DNA of 64,000 nucleotides. Origin: a virus. The notes under the pieces are model-generated. The model had not been told where the DNA came from. It made no database searches and was given only the letters and a program-made list of their open reading frames with translations. Positions 60,360 through 64,000 of the stretch are shown piece after piece. Numbering within the stretch: the stretch's first letter is position 1; each line of letters starts with the position of its first letter. Where the stretch lies: positions 44,932 through 108,931 of IMG/VR virus record IMGVR_UViG_3300045988_174094, one strand, 5' to 3'. The position numbers and the translations under genes are program-made.

Positions 60360-61324
60360 AGAATTACTGCCTAAAAATAGCTTTGCCCTTTCGTAAAGGG
60401 GGTCATTTGATAAAATGGCTAACGGGGAAGCCTAAACCAGAAAAGGCATGGTAATCCCGTTGGAAAAGAAAGATAAGTGGTTATTTTATAAAGGAGGAAG
60501 GTAAATATGCCAGAAATATATAAAATAACTAACTTGATAAATCAAAAAATATATATAGGATATACAAAACATACCGCGCAATATCGTTTTCAGCAGCATT
60601 GGCAAGGTAGAAATGAAAAAGATGGCAGCTTATTGCATAAAGCTCTAAAAAAATTTGGAAAAAATAATTTTTCTGTTGAAACTGTCGAGCGTATCTCTGA
60701 AGATGAGTGGGCAGAAAAGGAACAGTATTATATTGAATTTTATAATTCTTTAGTCCCAAATGGCTATAATATTATTCCTGGTGGAAACAAGCCACCTCTT
60801 AAAGATAGAGAAAAAAATCCTAAAGCTAAATTGACAAACGAAAAAATTCTTGAACTGTATTCGGATTTGGAAAGTTATGATTTAGATATGGGACAAATAG
60901 CTGTAAAATATGGTATTTCACAAAGCCAAGTTGAAAAAATAAATAGCGGTGCTTTTTGGAGGCAAGAAGAACGAGACTATCCTATCAGGAAACTCAAGCG
61001 AGATCAATATATTATTTCTTGTATTATTGAAGATTTGAAATTTGGAAAAACTCAAGATTATATTGAAGAAAAATATCAAATCAAGTCAAGAACAAGATTA
61101 TATAATATAAATATGGGGAAAGTTGGGAGAAAATTATTTCCCCAAGATTTCTATCCGATCCAACCAGGTATAATAAATCGTATACCACTTTATCTTTCTA
61201 AACCTGTAGAGACTATCCCCGCAATTGGGGAGTAAGGATATTATTTACACATATCCTGAAATGGCTATTCATATTTTTATATGTAAAAGATAGTCCAAAC
61301 TCGGAGGAAACTCCGAGGTATTTG
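60360..61324 (+). mobile_element. group I intron (965 nt) with GIY-YIG endonuclease ORF
   Basis: P1 is AGGU paired with GCCU. Boxes AATGGCTAACGGGGAAGCCTAAACC, GGTAATCCCGTTGG and AAAAGATAGTCC (61285-61296). Ends in G at 61324. Splicing gives PDAG-SNDGEY. Confidence 0.75.
60507..61235 (+). CDS. GIY-YIG homing endonuclease (I-TevI/Seg-like)
   Basis: IYKITNLINQKIYIGYT..RFQQH..NGYNIIPGG. RBS AAAGGAGG. Confidence 0.85.
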   Translation: MPEIYKITNLINQKIYIGYTKHTAQYRFQQHWQGRNEKDGSLLHKALKKFGKNNFSVETVERISEDEWAEKEQYYIEFYNSLVPNGYNIIPGGNKPPLKDREKNPKAKLTNEKILELYSDLESYDLDMGQIAVKYGISQSQVEKINSGAFWRQEERDYPIRKLKRDQYIISCIIEDLKFGKTQDYIEEKYQIKSRTRLYNINMGKVGRKLFPQDFYPIQPGIINRIPLYLSKPVETIPAIGE

Positions 61325-62191
61325 AGTAATGACGGCGAATATATTTCCCGTTTTAGTTGTCCGGTATTGTGCGTGGACCACCATATCAAGGAAGAGAATA
61401 CAATTATTCCTTCAAATATGATTTTAGTAAATAATCAAACTTCACCTAATTATAAGAATAAAGATTTGTGTGGAGCTGGTGTCACTTGGCAGTTGTGTCG
61501 CGCGCTTGACTACTTTTTTATAAAAGACCTTGCTTGGGAATATATTGATTTATGTGCTTTAGGCATTGTCGCAGATATGATGTCAATGTTAGAGGTTGAA
61601 AATCAATATCTCGTTCAAACTGGCTTCAAAAATATCAAGAATAAAATGTTTAAGACTTTGCTTGAGAAGCAAGATTATTCAATGGGCGGGAAGATTACTC
61701 CAACCACAGTTGCTTTCTATATTGTGCCGCTAATCAATGCTATGATTAGAGTTGGGTCAATGGATGAGAAAGAACGCTTATATCTATCCTTCGTGATGCC
61801 AGAAGTAATGGTTGATTGTCATAAGCGAGGAGCGAAAGGCACAAAAGAACGTCTTTGTGTTGAGAGCACGCGCGAATGCGTGAATGCTAAGTCTCACCAA
61901 GATAAAATGAAAGAGCAAATGGTTGAAAAACTTGAAGCCAAAATTTTCAAAAAAGACTTATTATCCAACCAAGTTCTCTTCATTCGGCTAGATGACGATG
62001 ATGTATTTCCCGCAGAACTGAATGGACTTATAGCAATGAGCATCGCATCGAAGTATAAACGGCCTACAATCGTAGCTCGTCTCAATGATGAAGGATATAT
62101 CCGGGGTAGTGCTCGCGCGCCGGGCCACATTGAATTGTCTTCTTTTAAAGACTTTCTAAATCAAACAAATTTATTTGAATATACGTTGGGT
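61325..62191 (+). CDS. DHH-family exonuclease, exon 2
   Basis: CVDHH (DHH motif III) ... ends ..EYTLG just before the GH of the DHHA1 motif. Confidence 0.8.
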
Positions 62192-63144
62192 TAGTAATAT
62201 GGCCCGTAACATCTTTTCCGCCTCATCAGCGGGGTTATTTTAGAATGGCTAACGAGGAAACCTCAGCATGTAATGGTGGTGGTAATCTCGTGGGAAACTT
62301 GACTTAGAAAAAAGAAGAAAAAGGAGGTGAAAGATAGTGAAAAAAGCAATTTATAAAATAGAAAACAAAATAAATCATAAGATTTATATTGGGCAATCTA
62401 TTCATCCTGAATATCGTTTTTTAGAACATTCAAGAGGGAATAATGAAAAAAATAGTCCAATTCATAGAGCCTTCAGGAAGTATGGAAAAGAGAACTTCTC
62501 TCTTGAAATATTAGGTTGGTTTGAAGATTATAATGAAAAAGAAAAGGAGTATATTATTAAATATAATTCAAGAGTGCCGAATGGATATAATGTCCAACCT
62601 GGAGGGAATGAGCCTCCAGTCCTAAAAGCAGAAAACAATTATAACACAAAAATTACTAGAGAATTAGCTGATATAGTTATTCAAGATATATTAGATTGGA
62701 GAATTCCAAGAAAAACAATTGTAAAAACAAGAGGTATCACTTCAGATATTTTTCGTCATATCAACGAAGGTAATTCTTGGAGAAAAGAAGAACTGATTTA
62801 TCCTCTTCGTCCTTCAGAAAAAGAATTAGATGAATACCGAGCTTTATATGTACAATGGCTTTGCTGTAACTCTGATATCCCTCTAAATCACATTGGAGCA
62901 AAGGTTGGATGGAATAGGTCTTCTGCCAAAATGATAAATCAAGGGAATAACCATTTTGATGAGCGACTAAAATATCCTATTCGGAACAATCGAGATTATA
63001 ATAAAAAAATTCTAAGTCAAGAAACCTGTATCGACTATCTCCACTTTGGAGAGTAAGGCAACTATTGATACGTTGCTTGAAATGGATGTTCATAGAAATT
63101 CTATGTAAAAAATAGTCAGGTCCTTTAGAAATAAAGGATAACCG
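62192..63144 (+). mobile_element. group I intron (953 nt) with GIY-YIG endonuclease ORF, paralog of the previous intron
   Basis: P1 is UGGGU paired with GCCCG. Boxes AATGGCTAACGAGGAAACC, GGTAATCTCGTGGG and AAAAAATAGTCAGG. Ends in G at 63144. Splicing gives TLG-HDSAFG. Confidence 0.75.
62337..63056 (+). CDS. GIY-YIG homing endonuclease
   Basis: GTG start follows AAAGGAGG. IYKIENKINHKIYIGQS..RFLEH..NGYNVQPGG. Confidence 0.85.
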   Translation: MKKAIYKIENKINHKIYIGQSIHPEYRFLEHSRGNNEKNSPIHRAFRKYGKENFSLEILGWFEDYNEKEKEYIIKYNSRVPNGYNVQPGGNEPPVLKAENNYNTKITRELADIVIQDILDWRIPRKTIVKTRGITSDIFRHINEGNSWRKEELIYPLRPSEKELDEYRALYVQWLCCNSDIPLNHIGAKVGWNRSSAKMINQGNNHFDERLKYPIRNNRDYNKKILSQETCIDYLHFGE

Positions 63145-63615
63145 CATGATAGTGCTTTTGGTATTAGCCTTTTAGATAAAAACCTATCAAAATTTCATGA
63201 AATCGCCAATGAAGAGCTCTCAAAAATTGATTTCGGCGAAAATTACTATGACGTAGATTTTGTGATGCGCGCCGACTACCCAAAAATTGGTGAAGCCATT
63301 GAAGAGCTTTGCGCGATCGAACAGGTTTATGGGCAACAAAATGAAGAACCAGTTATGGCAATCACCAATTTGAATGTGTCTCAGAACGATGTAAAAATTA
63401 TTGGAAAAAATTTAGATACTTTACGAATTGAGAAGAATGGAATTACCTATGTAAAGTTCCGCGCGAAAGATTTGATTAGAGAGCTAAAAGACTTTCCAGG
63501 TGATATGGATATTACTTTAGTTGGCAAGCCAAATCTTAACATTTGGGGAGGCAAAATAACCCCTCAAATTTTTATAACCGATTTGGAGATTGAAGATAGT
63601 AGATTTGCTTTTTAG
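63145..63615 (+). CDS. DHH-family exonuclease, exon 3 (DHHA1 end)
   Basis: Starts HDSAFGISL (GHxxAxG once spliced). In frame with track ORF 63262-63615. Confidence 0.75.
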   Translation, partial: HDSAFGISLLDKNLSKFHEIANEELSKIDFGENYYDVDFVMRADYPKIGEAIEELCAIEQVYGQQNEEPVMAITNLNVSQNDVKIIGKNLDTLRIEKNGITYVKFRAKDLIRELKDFPGDMDITLVGKPNLNIWGGKITPQIFITDLEIEDSRFAF

Positions 63616-63664
63616 AGAAATTTGTGATATAATAAAATAAGAAAATTGGAAAGGAAATTTTCTT

Positions 63665-64000
63665 ATGGATTTATCAAAAATTACTTCTGTCTCAGAATTG
63701 AGACAAATTATTGCAGAATGTGAAAAAAGAATTTCAGAATTAAATCCTTATGGAAACTTAAAAAGTTTATCCAATAAAGCCTTTGGTGAAGAATGGAGCG
63801 AGCCGTATATTCTTAGCCAGGTTCCAGCTCTGAGAAAAGATAACTCCGCTGGTCATGATATGTTTTCTGAAAAATATGGTAGAGTAGAGGTCAAATCTGC
63901 TCGGCTGCCGCTGAAAACAATTACTTATAATCAATGCCATCCATATAGAGGTATGATATGGGAAAAATCGCAAATGATAAATATTATACTGAAGATAGTA
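63665..64000 (+). CDS. PD-(D/E)XK-like nuclease candidate, 3' end outside window
   Basis: ATG 63665 follows AAAGGAAA. 112 codons are open to the window edge. GHDMF..YGRVEVKSAR resembles a D..E-x-K core. Confidence 0.55.
   Translation, partial: MDLSKITSVSELRQIIAECEKRISELNPYGNLKSLSNKAFGEEWSEPYILSQVPALRKDNSAGHDMFSEKYGRVEVKSARLPLKTITYNQCHPYRGMIWEKSQMINIILKIV

Noticed and set aside
48961-63615. Inteins or simple frameshifts as the explanation for the split gyrB, Sak4-like and DHH genes.
   Set aside because: The intervening segments contain stops in the exon frame. Exons change frame across them. The nuclease ORFs have their own RBSs. The flanks show group I features: U at the 5' splice site pairing with a nearby G, a terminal G, and P7-like GATATAGTC boxes.
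1-64000. Alternative genetic code (stop-codon reassignment), prompted by the odd tRNA and the many short ORFs.
   Set aside because: Long genes (786, 560, 520 and 496 aa) are uninterrupted under the standard code, and all apparent interruptions are explained by introns.

Overview
This window is part of a large, AT-rich, probably virulent phage genome. No integrase is visible. Promoters are sigma-A-like TTGACA/TATAAT and ribosome-binding sites are AGGAGG-type, which points to a Firmicutes-style host. Transcription falls into four blocks.

(1) 1-4447 (-): packaging region with an intron-split terminase large subunit.

(2) 4811-14483 (+): an early, host-takeover-like array of about 20 very small genes. 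Most have their own promoter and terminator, and the regulatory cassette between them is highly stereotyped. The block ends in about 2 kb of repeat-dense non-coding DNA, including an ~0.8 kb polypyrimidine tract.

(3) 14775-48584 (-): small unknown genes, lysis and tail-fibre genes, ClpP-like and PhoH-like genes, a 2.8 kb tRNA and non-coding-RNA island, and DNA-metabolism genes (ligase, UvrD-like helicase, dNMP-kinase-like, glycosyltransferase, RNase H, initiator). A three-gene (+) tail-fibre insert and a (+) holin lie inside this block.

(4) 48730-64000 (+): replication module with type IIA topoisomerase B and A subunits, an SSB candidate, a Sak4-like ATPase, DnaB-like helicase, primase and a DHH/RecJ-like nuclease.

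I infer six group I introns: two in terL, one in gyrB, one in the Sak4-like gene and two in the DHH gene. Each interrupts a conserved catalytic motif.

The least explained signals are:
- the CT-only tract at 13.2-14.0 kb;
- the GC-rich ORF-free spacers around four tRNAs at 34.9-37.5 kb (large structured-RNA candidates);
- the two palindromic box families that decorate every early promoter.

All splice sites, promoters and RNA calls come from reading the sequence by eye. No search or folding tool was available.
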